Shown: piece by piece, positions 11,575-24,909 of the stretch | How the letters are laid out: every line of letters starts with the position of its first letter | Position numbering within the stretch: the first letter of the stretch is position 1 | DNA from: Octopus sinensis | Taxonomy: Eukaryota | Length of the DNA stretch: 64,000 nt | NCBI RefSeq assembly: GCF_006345805.1 | Contig: NC_043000.1 | Location: 5,022,001 to 5,086,000 of the forward strand | Reading direction: 5' to 3' | The notes under the pieces: generated by a model | The model's database searches: none | Told to the model about the DNA's origin: nothing | What the model saw: the letters and a program-made list of their open reading frames with translations, nothing else | Program-made: the position numbers and the translations under genes

Positions 11575-11725
11575 TGATGGGCTTCCACACAGTTTCCATC
11601 TCCCAAATTCATTTTGGTTGACTCATGGCTATAGTAGAAGACACGTGCCTAATGTGGAATACAGTTGGACTGAACCCAAAACAGCATATTTATAAGCAAG
11701 CTTCTTAACCACACAACTATGCTCG
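11575..11725 (-). mobile_element. SINE family A head, diverged
   Basis: Homology to family A 5' half. Confidence 0.7.
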
Positions 11726-11929
11726 TGATTTACTATCACATGCATTGTGAGTTCAAGTCTTCTAGAAGTATTTTATTTTTATGGGTCTGGGGTAGAATAC
11801 TACATTCTCTCAGAATTAATGAGAAAAGGTCAATGGGTCTGATCAATCATGATACATATTATTGATCATGAAAGGTCAAGTAACTGAGTTTAGCTATTTG
11901 CTACATGATGATGTGAGATAAATTTACCT

Positions 11930-12462
11930 TACACATGCGAGTACACACACATGCACAAACATACTTGCATACACATACACAAATTCATAGCGATACACAT
12001 ATTCATACACAAATGAATATACACATGCATGCACACATGAATACGCACACATACACAAACACTTGTGAACTTACATGCACAAAAAGTTGTGAACGCACAT
12101 ATACATATGCACAAGCATGCATACACACACATGCATACAAACATGTATATATACATATATACACATGTGCAAGAATGCATACACACAAATACATACAAAC
12201 ATGCATGTATACACATACAGTTACACACACATATGTATATACACACATATACACATTTATTTTGAAATGTAACAAACATTCAATTGCGCTTCAAGACAGA
12301 ACACTTAACGTGTCCTAGCTAATTATTTTGGGTTTATCATCAAAAACATTCAGGCACGCAGGCACTCACGCATACACACACACATACACACACACATACA
12401 CACACACATACACACACACATACACACACACATACACACACACATACACACACACATACACA
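11930..12462. repeat. Degenerate (CA/CATA)n tracts including a (CACACACACATA)n array
   Basis: Direct reading. Confidence 0.9.
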
Positions 12463-12593
12463 TGTTTTTGTGCATGTATATGTGGTAGTAAAAAGATGTC
12501 AATTGGCATTCATCCATGACTTGTCAGCTCTCTTGACCTATAATCCAGGTAAACGAAGCTATAATGAATGAGGTATGCAAAATAAAAATGGAC

Positions 12594-12978
12594 TGGAAGC
12601 ACTCCGTCGGTTACGATGACGAGGGTTCCGGTTGATCCGATCAACGGAACAGCCTGCTCGTGAAATTAACGTGTAAGTGGCTGAGCACTCCACAGACATG
12701 TGTACCCTTAACGTAGTTCTCGGGGATATTCAGCGTGACACAGAGAGTGACAAGGCCGGCCCTTTGAAATACAGGTACAACAGAAACATGAAGTAAGAGC
12801 GAGAGAAAGTTGTGGTAAAAGAGTACAGCAGGGATCACCACCATCCCTGCCGGAGCCTCGTGGAGCTTTTAGGTGTTTTTCGCTCAATAAACACTCACAA
12901 CGCCCGGTCTGGGAATCGAAACCGCGATCCTATGACCGCGAGTCCGCTGCCCTAACCACTGGGCCATTGCGCCTCCAC
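12594..12978 (-). mobile_element. tRNA-derived SINE family C (C head + C tail)
   Basis: Head GGAGGCGCAATGGCCCAGTGG...GGTTTCGATTCCC; homologue at 35657. Confidence 0.92.
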
Positions 12979-12996
12979 AAAAAAAATAAAAATAAT

Positions 12997-13352
12997 AACA
13001 AGGGTATGCAGATAGTGCAAATCTCTGCAAAGGCAACACCAACATCCTCTCAACAATTAACTGGAGATGATTTTTAAAATGAGAATATCTGAAATAATCT
13101 CGACTGCACTCACAAAGGAGAATAGAAAAGTGAACACGACCACTCCCAAAAATTACGTAAAAAAACAGGAAAAATAATACAGAATTCTATAAAAATAATC
13201 CCACAATCTAATCATTTCATGCTAGTCATGATGTCAAACAACTCTGAAAGTTTCACCAAATCCATTCAGTGGTTCTTGAGATATATTGTTCATGGACAAA
13301 GAAACAAACATGACTGAAAACAATACCTCCGCCTTCGCTAGGGTGGAGGTAA
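12997..13352 (+). mobile_element. Helentron/DINE-like non-autonomous element
   Basis: Starts AACAAG, contains AAGTTTCACCAAATCCATTCAGTGGTTCTTGAGATA, ends in hairpin TACCTCCGCC-TTCGCTA-GGGTGGAGGTA. Confidence 0.55.
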
Positions 13353-13357
13353 TAATA

Positions 13358-13827
13358 AACTTTTTTACAATAGGAACAAGGTCTGAAATTTGGGGGTGGG
13401 AGCTAGCTCATTACATCGACTCCAGTACTCAAATCGTACTTGTTTTATTGACCTTGAAAAAATGAAAGCAAAGTCGACCTTGGCAGAATTTTAACTCAGA
13501 CCTTAGTGATGGACAAAATGCTGCTAAGCATTTCATTCAGTGTGCAAACGATTCCACCAGCTTGCCGCCTTAGTCATAATATGAATGATGATGATGATGA
13601 TCATGATGATGATGATAATAGTAATGATAATCCTTTCTACTAAAAAATAGGGCCTGAAATTTTGTAAGAGGGGACTAGTCAATTCGATCACTGGTACATA
13701 ATTTATCGACTTCGAGAGGATGGAAGGTAAAGTCAACCTTGGCAGAATTAGAACTCAGAACATGAAGACAGACAAAATGCTGTAAGCATTTTGCCTGGTG
13801 TGCTAACAACTCTGTCAGCTTGCAGCC

Positions 13828-13830
<3 letters not shown>
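13358..13830 (-). mobile_element. Two tandem SINE F (F2) copies separated by (ATG/ATA)n
   Basis: Copies at about 13358-13571 and 13630-13830. Confidence 0.85.
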
Positions 13831-13866
<36 letters not shown>

Positions 13867-14290
13867 TAATAATAATAATAATAATAATAATGATAATAAT
13901 AATAATCCTTTCTACTATAGGCACAATAATAATAATAACCATCATATTATTATTATCATTATTATAAAATTCTTAATGGGCTGATTTTTACCTCTTAGTT
14001 GGAGAAAGAAAAAAAAAAACCTAGGAGTGGTTAATCCAGCCATACAAAATCTGCAAGCATGGGAAAGTGGAAGTTGATGATGATGAGTGATGGTGGAGCA
14101 TATATGAGCTGAGGAAAAAAAACCCAAAACAAGGTATAAGAAGAATCAAATGTAGAGAGCAAGAGAGAGAGAGGGAGAAGAGTGTGTCAATATGGACAGG
14201 TGATGCATAGTAAGACAGTTAATGATTGAGTAAAGAAGAGCCTAGAGATTCAAGGGGAAGTAACCTGCAGAAGACAAAGAGTGAAGAAGA

Positions 14291-14450
14291 AGGAGTGGCT
14301 GTGTGGTAAGTAGCTTGCTTACAGACCACATGGTTCCGGGTTCAGTCCCACTATGTGGCACGTTGGGCAAGTGTCTTCTACTATAGCCTCAGCCTGACCA
14401 AAGCCTTGTGAGTGGATTTGGTAGACAGAAACTGAAAGATGCCTGTTGTG

Positions 14451-14488
<38 letters not shown>

Positions 14489-14727
14489 ATATATATATAT
14501 GTATGTGTGTGTTTGTGTATATTTGTTTGTCCCCCCAACATCACTTGACAATCAATGCTGGTGTGTTTACGTCCCTGTGACTTAGCGGTTCGGGAAAAGA
14601 GACCGATAGAATAAGTACTAGGCTTAGAAAGAATAAGTCCTGGGGGGGTCGACTCGCTCGACTAACAGGCGGTGCTCCAGCATGGCCAGAGTCAAATGAC
14701 TGAAACAAGTAAAAGAGTGAAAGAGAA
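14291..14727 (+). mobile_element. SINE family A
   Basis: A-box TGGCTGTGTGG, B-box GGTTCAGTCC, internal (TA)n, GTAAAAGAG tail. Confidence 0.92.
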
Positions 14728-15469
14728 GTAGTGTAAGTTGAGCTGAGCTGGTCACAGAGTGCTAAATATCAGGGAGAAATGTGTAGAGCACCCAGCTGGA
14801 TGATGATTATGATGATGACAATGGCGATGATGATGATGATGATGATAATCATGATGATAACGATCATGACCCTGATAATGATGGTGGTGCTGTCCATGGT
14901 AGAGATTAAGTGGTGCTATTGCTGATTATATGGTGGTTGATGTTGGTGGTGGTGGTGGTGGTGGTAGCAGTGGAATTGGTGGTGGTGATAGTGATGATGA
15001 TGATGATGATGAAGATGACAACAGCGATGAGTTATGGTTCTGTCAATAGTTATGAAACTGACTGCAGTCCACTCCAGTCCCTAACCGATATATTGTGTGT
15101 GTTTGCTTGGTGGGGTGGTGGGGACGCTATCTGGATTGGATTGCATGATCTTCAAACAATACTAAACATAGATAATGGACACTGTGCTTCATTTTATCGT
15201 AAACAAGTGGATGCATTAAAACTGTTTGCTTAAGCAACAGGGAAAAAAAAAAAAAACCAAACCAAGAAAAAAAGCCAAAAGAAATAAGAAAACAAATACA
15301 AAATGAGAAAAAAAACTGCAGAAAAATAGAGAAAAGAGAGGAAAACTGTGCCATTTAGTTCATTTCTAATTTGGAATCCAATATTGAGAATCTTCATAAA
15401 ACTGAACACAATTTTCATCAAGAGTAAGCAGTTTTTTGGTGAAGTGTAAACTCAGAGTATTTTAAAGTA

Positions 15470-15605
15470 TAAACTGAGCCTAGTCCTATGGTTTTGAGTT
15501 CAGTCCTTCTATGTTGCATCTTAGGCGAGTGTCTTCTACTAAAGCCTTGAGTCAACCAAAACCTTGGGAGTGGATTTAGTTGACAGAGACTGAAAGAAGG
15601 CTGCA
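15470..15605 (+). mobile_element. SINE family A head, diverged
   Basis: Homology to family A 5' half. Confidence 0.7.
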
Positions 15606-15663
15606 ATACACAAACACACACATGCACACATGCACACAATATATATATATATATATATATATA

Positions 15664-16066
15664 TACTCTTTTACATGTTTCCATCATTTGACTGCGGCCA
15701 TGCTGGAGCACCGCCTTTAGTCGAGCAAATCGACCCCGGGACTTATTCTTTGTAAGCCCAGTACTTATTCTATCAGTTTCTTTTGCTGAACCGCTAAGTG
15801 ACGGGGACATAAACACACCAGCATCGGTTGTCAAGCAATGCTAGGGGGACAAACACAGGCACAAACACATACACATACATACATATACATATATATACAT
15901 ATATACGACGGGCTTCATTCAGTTTCCGTCTACCAAATCCACTCACAAGGCATTGGTCAACCCGGGGCTATAGCAGAAGACACTTGCCCAAGATGCCACG
16001 CAGTGGGACTGAACCCGGAACCATGTGGTCGGTAAGCAAGCTACTTACCACACAGCCACTCCTGCA

Positions 16067-16068
<2 letters not shown>
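15664..16068 (-). mobile_element. SINE family A, full length
   Basis: Homology. Confidence 0.92.
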
Positions 16069-16102
<34 letters not shown>

Positions 16103-16104
<2 letters not shown>

Positions 16105-16402
16105 ATCATCATCATCATCATCATCGTTTAACGTCTGCTTTCCATGCTAGCATGGGTTGGACGATTTGACTGAGGACTGGTGAACCAGATGGCTGCTCCA
16201 GGCTCAAATCTGATCTGGCAGAGTTTCTACAGCTGGATGCCCTTCCTAATGCCAACCATTCCGAGAGTGTAGTGGGTGCTTTTACATGCCACCAGCATGA
16301 GGGCCAGTCAGGCGGTACTGGCAATGGCCACGCTCAAATGGTGTTTTTTACATGCCACCTGCACAGGTGCCAGTCCAGCGGCACTGGCAACGGCCTTGCT
16401 CG
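16103..16402 (-). mobile_element. Family G retroposon
   Basis: Homology; (CAT)n tail on plus strand. Confidence 0.85.
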
Positions 16403-16414
16403 TTATATGTATAT

Positions 16415-16575
16415 GTGGTTTCATGTTAAGGAATATCTCAACAATTATTCAAGCCTATCACATAGAAAAGTGGTATTTGTTTCCATTCTGGATTAAAACA
16501 TTTTTTGAGACGAACATAATTTTTCTATGTAATAGGCTTGAATAATTGTTGAGATATTCCTTAACATGAAACCAC
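16415..16575. repeat. 55 bp inverted repeat (one mismatch) with 51 bp spacer
   Basis: Arms 16415-16469 and 16521-16575. Confidence 0.92.
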
Positions 16576-16957
16576 TGTTACCATTGACAAACAAAGAAAG
16601 AATCTTTATTCACCAATGTGGTGTTGAGCACTCATTCTTATTGCTTGACATTTACGTGTATGTGTGTGTGTGTGTATGTGTGTGTGTGTGTCTTAGAGCA
16701 CAGGGATTTCATGACAGAAAATAAAGAATTTTAATTTTGGCTGATTTACATGAATATAACTTATTTTGTTGACACCCAAAATGGAGGAACAATAAAATCA
16801 ACCTTGATGGGTTTTCAACATAAAATGTCAAAAAAAACAAAAACAAACAATATTGCATGTTTGGCGCTTACTCTAATATTTTATAATATCTTACTACTCC
16901 ACAGCTATTTCTAGAATATGATATTAATGTCTTTTTTAGGCATATAAGTATGTAGCT

Positions 16958-17410
16958 TTAACCCTTTTCTTAACATGTTTCTGTTAACCCTTTTGTACTG
17001 TATTTATTTTGAGATGCTCTGTGTTTCTTTAAATTACTTTAAATATAACAAAGAATTTAGTAAGATTACTTAGTTATCATTAAGCTAGTGTTAGGAACAT
17101 AAATTGTGACTAAGGTTTGCTGGTATATTTTAATGAAAAACTAATGAAAACAAGACATTTATACTAGAGAGCCAGAGCCGGTTTTGGCCGGGTTGGTAAC
17201 GAAAGGGTTAAAATGCACTGTTTTGTTTCAATTACATTTGAAAATAATGAAGCAATTAGTAAAATAACACTGTCATTATTTAGCTGGTGATCGAAGCATA
17301 ATTTAACACAAAATTTTGATGGAAGGTCTTAATTTAGATCATGTAAAAACAGGAAACTTGCATCATAAAACTAGGGGCAGCCTTGGGTGGATTGGTAGCA
17401 AGGGTTTTAA
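16958..17410. mobile_element. Nested piggyBac-type MITEs
   Basis: Inner element 16988-17207 bounded by TTAA-CCCTTT and AAAGGG-TTAA, inside a related outer element. Confidence 0.8.
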
Positions 17411-17889
17411 CAGAAAGTGATAGAAAGAGATGGAAAGATCCTGCTAGCGAGCTGAGTCTGTGGGACAATCATTTCCCTTTGTACCATCTTCCCAGTCATT
17501 TACTACCTGTAATTAATAACCAGGAGAGATTGACTTCTCCTGGATGCTTGTTGGCTTGGAAAACCAAATGGATATCACATGAAAGATGGAATATATATAC
17601 TGGCTTGGGAATGAAATTTGCTTACCCAGGTCCAAAAATACTTACAAACAAGGTCTTATTATTATTTTTTTTTTGTTATTTTTGTGTTTGGTTCTTTGAG
17701 AAGGAACCTAACTTCAAGCTACTTTTTACGCATCACTTTTTATTTACCGTTTTCTAAACCTGAGGAAAATAAGTAGGGCTGCAAATTTTGGTTCTGCAGT
17801 CCACAAAAATTCTAGGAAGCACACTTGCACCACCTGCACCCTCTGTTCCAGGGCCCAAGAATATATATGAATTAACAATTATCTGTTGT

Positions 17890-18250
17890 CTTTTACCTGT
17901 TTCAGTCATTAGACTGTGGCCATGCTAGAGCACTGCCTTGAAAAATCTTAGTTGAAAGAATCAACCCCAGTGCTTTATTTTTAAACCAGGTACTTACCTT
18001 ATCAGTCTCTTTTGCTGAACTACTAAGTTATGGGGAGATACAAACACCAACACTGGTTGGTCAAGTGGTGGTGGGGGACAAACACTGACACAGAAACATA
18101 CACACACACACACACACATACAACAGGCTTCTTTCAGTTTTCATCTTCCAAATCCACTCACAAGGACAAGATGCTATGCAATGGGACAGAACACCCAAGA
18201 TCGCTCGGTTGGGAAGCAAGCCTCTTAACTAAGCAGCTGTGCTTGCATGG
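17890..18250 (-). mobile_element. SINE family A, diverged with deletion
   Basis: Homology. Confidence 0.8.
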
Positions 18251-18899
18251 TGGTGAGATTATTTGAAAATCTAAACAAATTATGTAGAAGAATCTAGATA
18301 AATTATGCCTGATTACCATCAGAGAGAGAGAGTGGGGAGAAGGGGAGAGAGAGACAGAGAGAGACAGAAGGAGAAAGAGAGAGGGACACAATGTAAAATG
18401 TATGAAGTTTATTATTAAAACAAAGATGACATATGTATGAAACAGAACTTATCTGAAGAGATAGTTTCATATTTCAGAAAAAAAGATGATGAGCTGAGTA
18501 AATAAGAACTTCCAATGTTGACATCATGTTTTCCACAGAATGCATTCATCAGTCTGAAGAATTTTGGTAAAAGAAGAAACTTACCTATAAAGAGAAAAAG
18601 AAAAAAAAAAAAGAAAAATACATTAATATATTTGAATGGAAAAATTAGACAAAAATAGAAAATAAATGGAAAAATATTATGTAAACATACAAAGTAATAT
18701 TGAGGAAACATTCTACAAGACAGCAACTTCTAATTTCCTTGTAGAATTCATTTAATATCATAATATGTTTAATGATTCAAGTCTTCTCTTGAACTTTCAG
18801 CCATAATCAGAAATGAATTTGAAATAAAATACAAAAAAAAAACCCAGATTCATTTATGGTGATAGAAAGAATTTATAAATAGCAATAAACTATTTAAGT

Positions 18900-19720
18900 A
18901 CACAGGTGTAGCTGCGAGGTTAAGTTGTTTGTTTTCCAACCACATATTTTGGGATCATTCCCTTTGTATGGCACTTTGAGCAAAGAAAGAGACTAAAAGA
19001 AACCTGCAATATATATATATATAGATATATTGATAGATAGATACTAGATACATAGATAGATTTTGATATAGAGATGTATATGCATCATCATCATCATAAT
19101 CATCCTCATCATTTAACGTCCGCTTTCCATGCTAGCATGGGTTGGACGATTTGACTGAGGTCTGGCGAACCAGACTCCAATCTGATCTGGCAGAGTTTCT
19201 ACAGCTGGATGCCCTTCCTAACGCCAACCACTCCGAGAGTGTAGTGGGTGCTTTTACGTGCCACCGGCATGAGGGCCAGTTTGGTGGTACTGGCAGCGGC
19301 CATGCTCAAATGGTTCTTTTTATGTGCCACCTGCACAGGAGCCAGTCCAGCGGCACTGGCAATGACCTCGCTCGAATGTTTCACGTGCAACCACCACAAG
19401 TGCTAGCAAGGCGACGCAGGTAACGATCACGCTCAAATGGTGTGTTTAACATGCCATCGGCACAAGGGCCAGCTTGTTGCTCTGGCAACAATCTCACTCG
19501 TATGGTACTCTTGTATATATATTTATATGTGTCTTTGTGTGTGCCCTTATCTTGACATAACATGATGGTTGTATACAAGTGTCACCATTATATATGTGGT
19601 GTCGTTCATTGTTAGTGTTCCATGTAAACATGTCCAGCTAAGGGTATATATTACTTTGATTGCAAAAACAAGGGAGGGTTGATGACAGGAAGGGCATCCG
19701 GTCATACAAAATCTGTGTAA
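18900..19720 (+). mobile_element. A head + H tail SINE interrupted by a family G copy
   Basis: A head 18900-19005, microsatellite, H tail about 19520-19720 with ACAGGAAGGGCATCCGG. Confidence 0.6.
19083..19510 (-). mobile_element. Family G retroposon with four subrepeats
   Basis: Homology. Confidence 0.85.
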
Positions 19721-21454
19721 AAAAAAAATTCTTTCAGAACTATCCTAGCATGAAAAAGTGGACATTAAAAGAATAAAAATGATGATAGTGATGATGATGG
19801 TGATGGTGGTAGTGGTGATGATGATGATGATGATGATGAATATAAAAAGAAGTTTGAGGAAATAGGTGCATATGAATGTTACTTAACTGATGAAGCTTAG
19901 AAAATGAAAAATGCCAGATGCTAAGAGTTTATGTAACTTTCTTTCTAATAATCTTAGACCCAGTTTATTTCAATTGATTGACATTGCCAAGACTGAAATG
20001 ATACGGATTGTGAATTCCTACACAGCATGGTTCAAGTACATGTGTAAGAATAAAAATAAAAGCAAAAGTTAGTGACTGGGTGAATGAACAGTTGCCAAAT
20101 ATTGCAACACCTTCAATAGATTCACAATGCTAAACAACTTTGAAAATGAAAGTAAATTGAGGAAGTTCTTGGTGCATCTTGAGAGAGAGGGTTTTGACTT
20201 TAATCATGGTAAGTAGGCATGGGATGAATGCCAGTCTGATCAGAAGAGTTGTTGAGGAAAATGTTACAAATCAAGGATTTAAAAGGAATTCTGGTCTGAC
20301 CTTTCCCAAAGTGTAGAAAGGCAATTGAAATAATGTCAATGTATAAAAGAAACACACACATGCACACACTTCTCAACAGAGATTATAGTTAACCTTTGCT
20401 TTTACTTTATGGATATCACTAATCAATTATGCAAAATGAATGTGTAAACACCAGACAGTTGTTGAATATGCTACGATAAGAAACTGTCCCTGGCTTTTGT
20501 GTTACATTAATACTTGCTTTCTATAAAGAGAGATATTTATCTGTTCATAATACAGTATAAAACTGGCTATAAAGATATTGTTCAGACTGGGTTTTAATAT
20601 GTTTTTCCTTTCTTCTCTTTATGATTGCAATTTTCCTTTCGTGTGCTTCTAGATGATTGCTGTCTGGGATCTAGTCAACAATTTAAAGACAATGAACTTT
20701 TGCTGAGAAGAAAATTAGACTCCTATTATCCTTTAGCTGGCTGAGCTACTTTTGAGGAGTTGTTAGATTAAGATCAGTAATCAAAACAGATTAACTTTAG
20801 ACAAATGGCTGCAGTATAATCTGAAGGAAATTGATGATCAATTCTGCTCTGAAAATTGTTTTCATAGAAACAAATAATAACCCTTAAACTAACATAACAA
20901 CAACATCCACAACACTTGCACAAGAACAACCATCTTTAAATAAACTGGGACAACAATAACCACCTGTAATCTAGTTGAGGACACTTATATTAGATCAGGT
21001 TTCGATTAGAAATTACAATATTTCTTTGTTAATTTGTATCGTTAGCCTATGAACAGCACAATCACCTTTGTTGATAATTTAGGTTTAATTTTAATGAAGG
21101 TAATAAAATTGATTATTGCCATATGTCTCTATACTTTGTTTCTTCATCTGTTAGAGTTAACTTCATCAACTTTAATCTAATTAGTTCATTAAAATACTTC
21201 TTTAGCTAATAATTTGTTCTATCTGGTACAATCAATCACCACTTTTTTTCTTCCATTTTTTTCTCTCATTTTAAACGTGACATTTTTTAAAACTTAGTTC
21301 ACTTCATTTTCCCCTCATCTTAATCAACTTTTAATAATTAGTTCCAACCAATTCTCTCTTAGAACTCTGGATTGTTACAGAGATACGAAAATCACAATGA
21401 GAAAAATCTAAGGCAGTCAAATGTGTTGCTTTAACAATCCTTTTAGTACTTTAA

Positions 21455-21673
21455 ATCTTTAGCATTTAAACTGACCATTTTAGACCCAAATATTCTATCT
21501 GTTTTATGTTCAAACTTGCCAGATTTGTCTTCTTAAACTGATCCTATAATGTCATTATGAAAATAAGCTATCACATCGTCAAAATCTTGAAGCTATGACA
21601 TAATGGATTAATCAAAACAATGTGAACAAATAAACAATGTATTTGATCAAGTTATCTGAACACTAAAGGGTCA
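21455..21673. mobile_element. piggyBac-type MITE
   Basis: Reverse-orientation homologue of 41685-41906. Confidence 0.65.
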
Positions 21674-21879
21674 AACAGTATAGAATAATAATAATAATAT
21701 ATTAATGAATGGAAGACACTTTTAAAATAAATTAAAATCTTGTTAAATGAAAGTTTCAAATTAATACCACACACTAGTGAATAGAGTATATTTATGCGTG
21801 TGTGTGTGTGAGTGTCTATGTGAAAGGAGAAGGTGGATCACTTAATTATAAACTGTATGCTACTGGCATAATTCAGAAA

Positions 21880-22095
21880 CCATCATCATCATCTGACATC
21901 TGCTTTCCATGTTGATGTGGGTTGGATGGTTTGATTGGAATTGGTAAGCTGGAGAGCGGCACCAGTTTCCAATCTGATTTGGCATGGTTACTACGGCCGG
22001 ATGCTCTTCCTAACACCAACCACTCCACGAGTGTAATGGCTGCTTTTTATGTGCTACCGGCATGGGTGTTAGTCATGTGACACCAGCATCAGTCA
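21880..22095 (-). mobile_element. Family G retroposon, diverged
   Basis: Homology. Confidence 0.75.
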
Positions 22096-22189
22096 CAAAT
22101 GATTTCACCACAAAGAGATTCAAATGATACATAAAATTATGATAAATATTTTAGATAATAATGATGATGATGATGATGATGATAAGTTT

Positions 22190-22430
22190 TCTTTCTAATT
22201 TTGGTATAAGGTAAGCAATTTTGAGAGGAGGTCAGTTGATTACATCAGCTCCCCAATATTTGACTGGTACTTCATACCATTGCCCTCAAAGGGATTAAAG
22301 GCCAAGTCAGCCATGACAGAATTTGAACTCAGAACATAAAGAGCTGGGAGTGATTTATTTGACTAAAATTCTTCAAGCCGGTGCCCCAGCATGGCTACAG
22401 TCCAACGATTGAAACATGTGAAAGATAGAA
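22190..22430. mobile_element. Diverged SINE F (minus) followed by a SINE A tail (plus)
   Basis: Homology to both families. Confidence 0.6.
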
Positions 22431-23159
22431 GATATATGGGAGAGGATAAAATAATTTTAAGGACAAAATATATGGATTGTATTATATTCAAGATAGTGTT
22501 GTACTCAAGTAATTATGATAGTTTGAAAATTGTATTTCTTTTTTTAATGGAGTTGTCCTGAAATTTGTATGGATAAGAAATGAAATTGGTATAAGAACCA
22601 GAAAAAGACATAGGAAGAATTGGCAACAACAAGATTTGCAATTTTTGTTTGCTGAGTCTAGAGAAAGGGGCAGTGACCATATCCTTGCAGGTTTTTTGAG
22701 GCTGGTGAATTGATACTTGAAAACTTCAGTTCAAACAGTTGCAGGAAAACATTTACAGGAAAGACATAAGAAAGGAGGAGATGCCAGAGGGATAATGTTC
22801 TGAGGAAGAAGGATTGATCCAATCCCACTTCCTTAGAACATTATTCCTATAGAGTGTATCTTAACACTTATGGTTTCTGATAAAGCAAGAAAAATGTAAT
22901 TGTCATTTTCTATGCAAAAGTTTTAATGTTTTTATTAAGTCATTTCAAAAGGTATGCACCAGGTACATTTACCATTTTCTTACAACAGTAATGCAAAAAA
23001 AAAAAAAAAAAGAAAATTGCATTTATGTTTTGTGTGACTTAACCCCTTAACTAGAGGTTTTTATGAAACAAAATTTCTGTTTTAAAATGATCAAAATTCT
23101 GGTTAATGTGGAGAGAGGGGGTTGGATGCAACATGGGTGATAAGAGGGGGTGAGAAAAG

Positions 23160-23640
23160 AGGGTCAACAGTGCCTGAATGGTTGAAGCATGAGACCAATT
23201 GGCAATGAGGAACAGAGGCCATTAGAAGAAAGGCTGCTCTGTGGGCCAGAGGCTGGAGTATGTCCATAAGTAATGGCCTAACAATCAGCTAAGTAGCCCA
23301 TATTTGGATGTGGTCCAGAATGTTTGTGTGTGTGTGTAGCAGCAGGATGTCAGTATGTGTACTGTCCCAGATTTGGACAATATTCCATTGTGGGCCTCAC
23401 TTGAGCCTTCTATAGTAGAGGCTGAAATATTTCCTAACCCTAAAGAAAAGAGCTAGTCTTTGGGATACAGTCCTAGCTATACATAGGATGAGATTTCCTC
23501 AGGAGAGATCCTTAGTGAAAGTGAAGCCCAGCAATGGAGCAACTCTGAGGGCTCTTGTAGCTGAGCGCTGTTCATATTTAGAGGGAGTGCAGCAGTGTTT
23601 TCTTGATATGAATATATGCTTGAATTATTTTGCTATTAAA
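23160..23640 (-). pseudogene. CR1/Jockey-group LINE reverse-transcriptase C-terminal fossil
   Basis: Minus-strand fragments KAQVRPTMEYC and LQPLAHR...NGLCSS resemble the LYKAQVRPxMEYCxxIW and LQPLxHRR thumb motifs; heavily disrupted. Confidence 0.7.
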
Positions 23641-24909
23641 AGAGAGGAGGTAAGCATAGCCCCAGTTGGAAATCCTCTCAAATGTTCCCTTAGTCTTCAT
23701 TTGTGGAATCAATGCTGGTCTGATATGACGTGTTTAGGTTGCTTGAATTTTTTTCTCTATTAAAAGAGACAAAGTTGGCATGGCCCCAGATGAGGATACT
23801 CTCAAGATTTCTGCTTATGGAATCAATGCAGATTTTGTGTCTAAGTTACATGTGGTTGATGCATGTTTAGGGAAAGTTAGGAACGACTGAAGCAGGGCAT
23901 GTCATCTGCACAAGAGTGGATATTACTGAAATGAGTAGACTGGAGTTATTCAGATATGTATGACACATACATGCATGTGTGTGCATGCTCACACACACAC
24001 ACACACAAACGCACACACACACACAAACACACACAAACATGCACACACACACAAATGCACTTCAGATATGTAATGAAATGAAATCTAGAGATAAAAGGTG
24101 AAAATTAGGTGATTTGCATCCTAAAAATATTCAGTCTTCAGAAAATTCATCTTTTATAAGGTTATCATTGCTTTAATTCCAAGCATCAGAAAAAATCTGT
24201 AAATGTTCTTAATCTTGATATCGTGCATCAGAAAATTCCAGGTTAAATAGATATGTATGAGGGGAATGTTACAAAGAAATTATTCCATCTCACCATCATC
24301 ATATGTTTCATTACATCAGATGATACTTTTTCACTCTAGAATGTCTTAAAAAGCCTTTTAACACTAATGACCTAAAACCATTAAGCCGTAGAGCAAGACC
24401 ATGCTATAATGATCTCTCATACATAATACTATAAAACCTGAAGCTATTAATGCAAAGCTGTTAGCATGTAGGTATTTTCATAGTAGTTGTTTAATTGCTG
24501 TAATTAATCAAAGCTGACTGTTGATAACCTATGCCAATATCTGTACTGGTTAAACGTGTGCTATTTGCTTCATTTATAAATCATTCAAGAGTTGTTTCCT
24601 GAATACTATGCTGAGGAGAGAGCTACAATTTACAGAGATCTAAAATCAAGCAAAATATTATGCCAATTATAAACAAAAGCCGGCTTGATCAGTATCTGAT
24701 TAACCTCTAAAATACTCTTTTGTATATGGTCTTTGCAAAATATAGAAGTGCATCTTAACACTGATGAAGCAAAAAAAAAATACGTCATATTCTATGCAAA
24801 AGATTTACTGTTTGTATAAGGTCATTTCAAAATGTATGCACTAGGTACATTTACGATTTTCCTACAGCAGTAATGCAAAAGAAAGAATGTATCTATGTTT
24901 ACTATGATT

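Noticed and set aside
10691-11695. Recurrent ORFs such as MLGGQTQTHK, RQASFSFRLPNPLTR and FLQLDALPNANHS
   Set aside because: Chance frames through SINE A and family G bodies
12900-12978. tRNA-like sequences at SINE heads
   Set aside because: They continue into SINE bodies and lack a complete acceptor stem; not tRNA genes
15030-15233. WIGLHD motif suggesting a C-type lectin
   Set aside because: Cysteine/tryptophan spacing does not fit, no convincing splice sites, and the ORF starts in trinucleotide repeats
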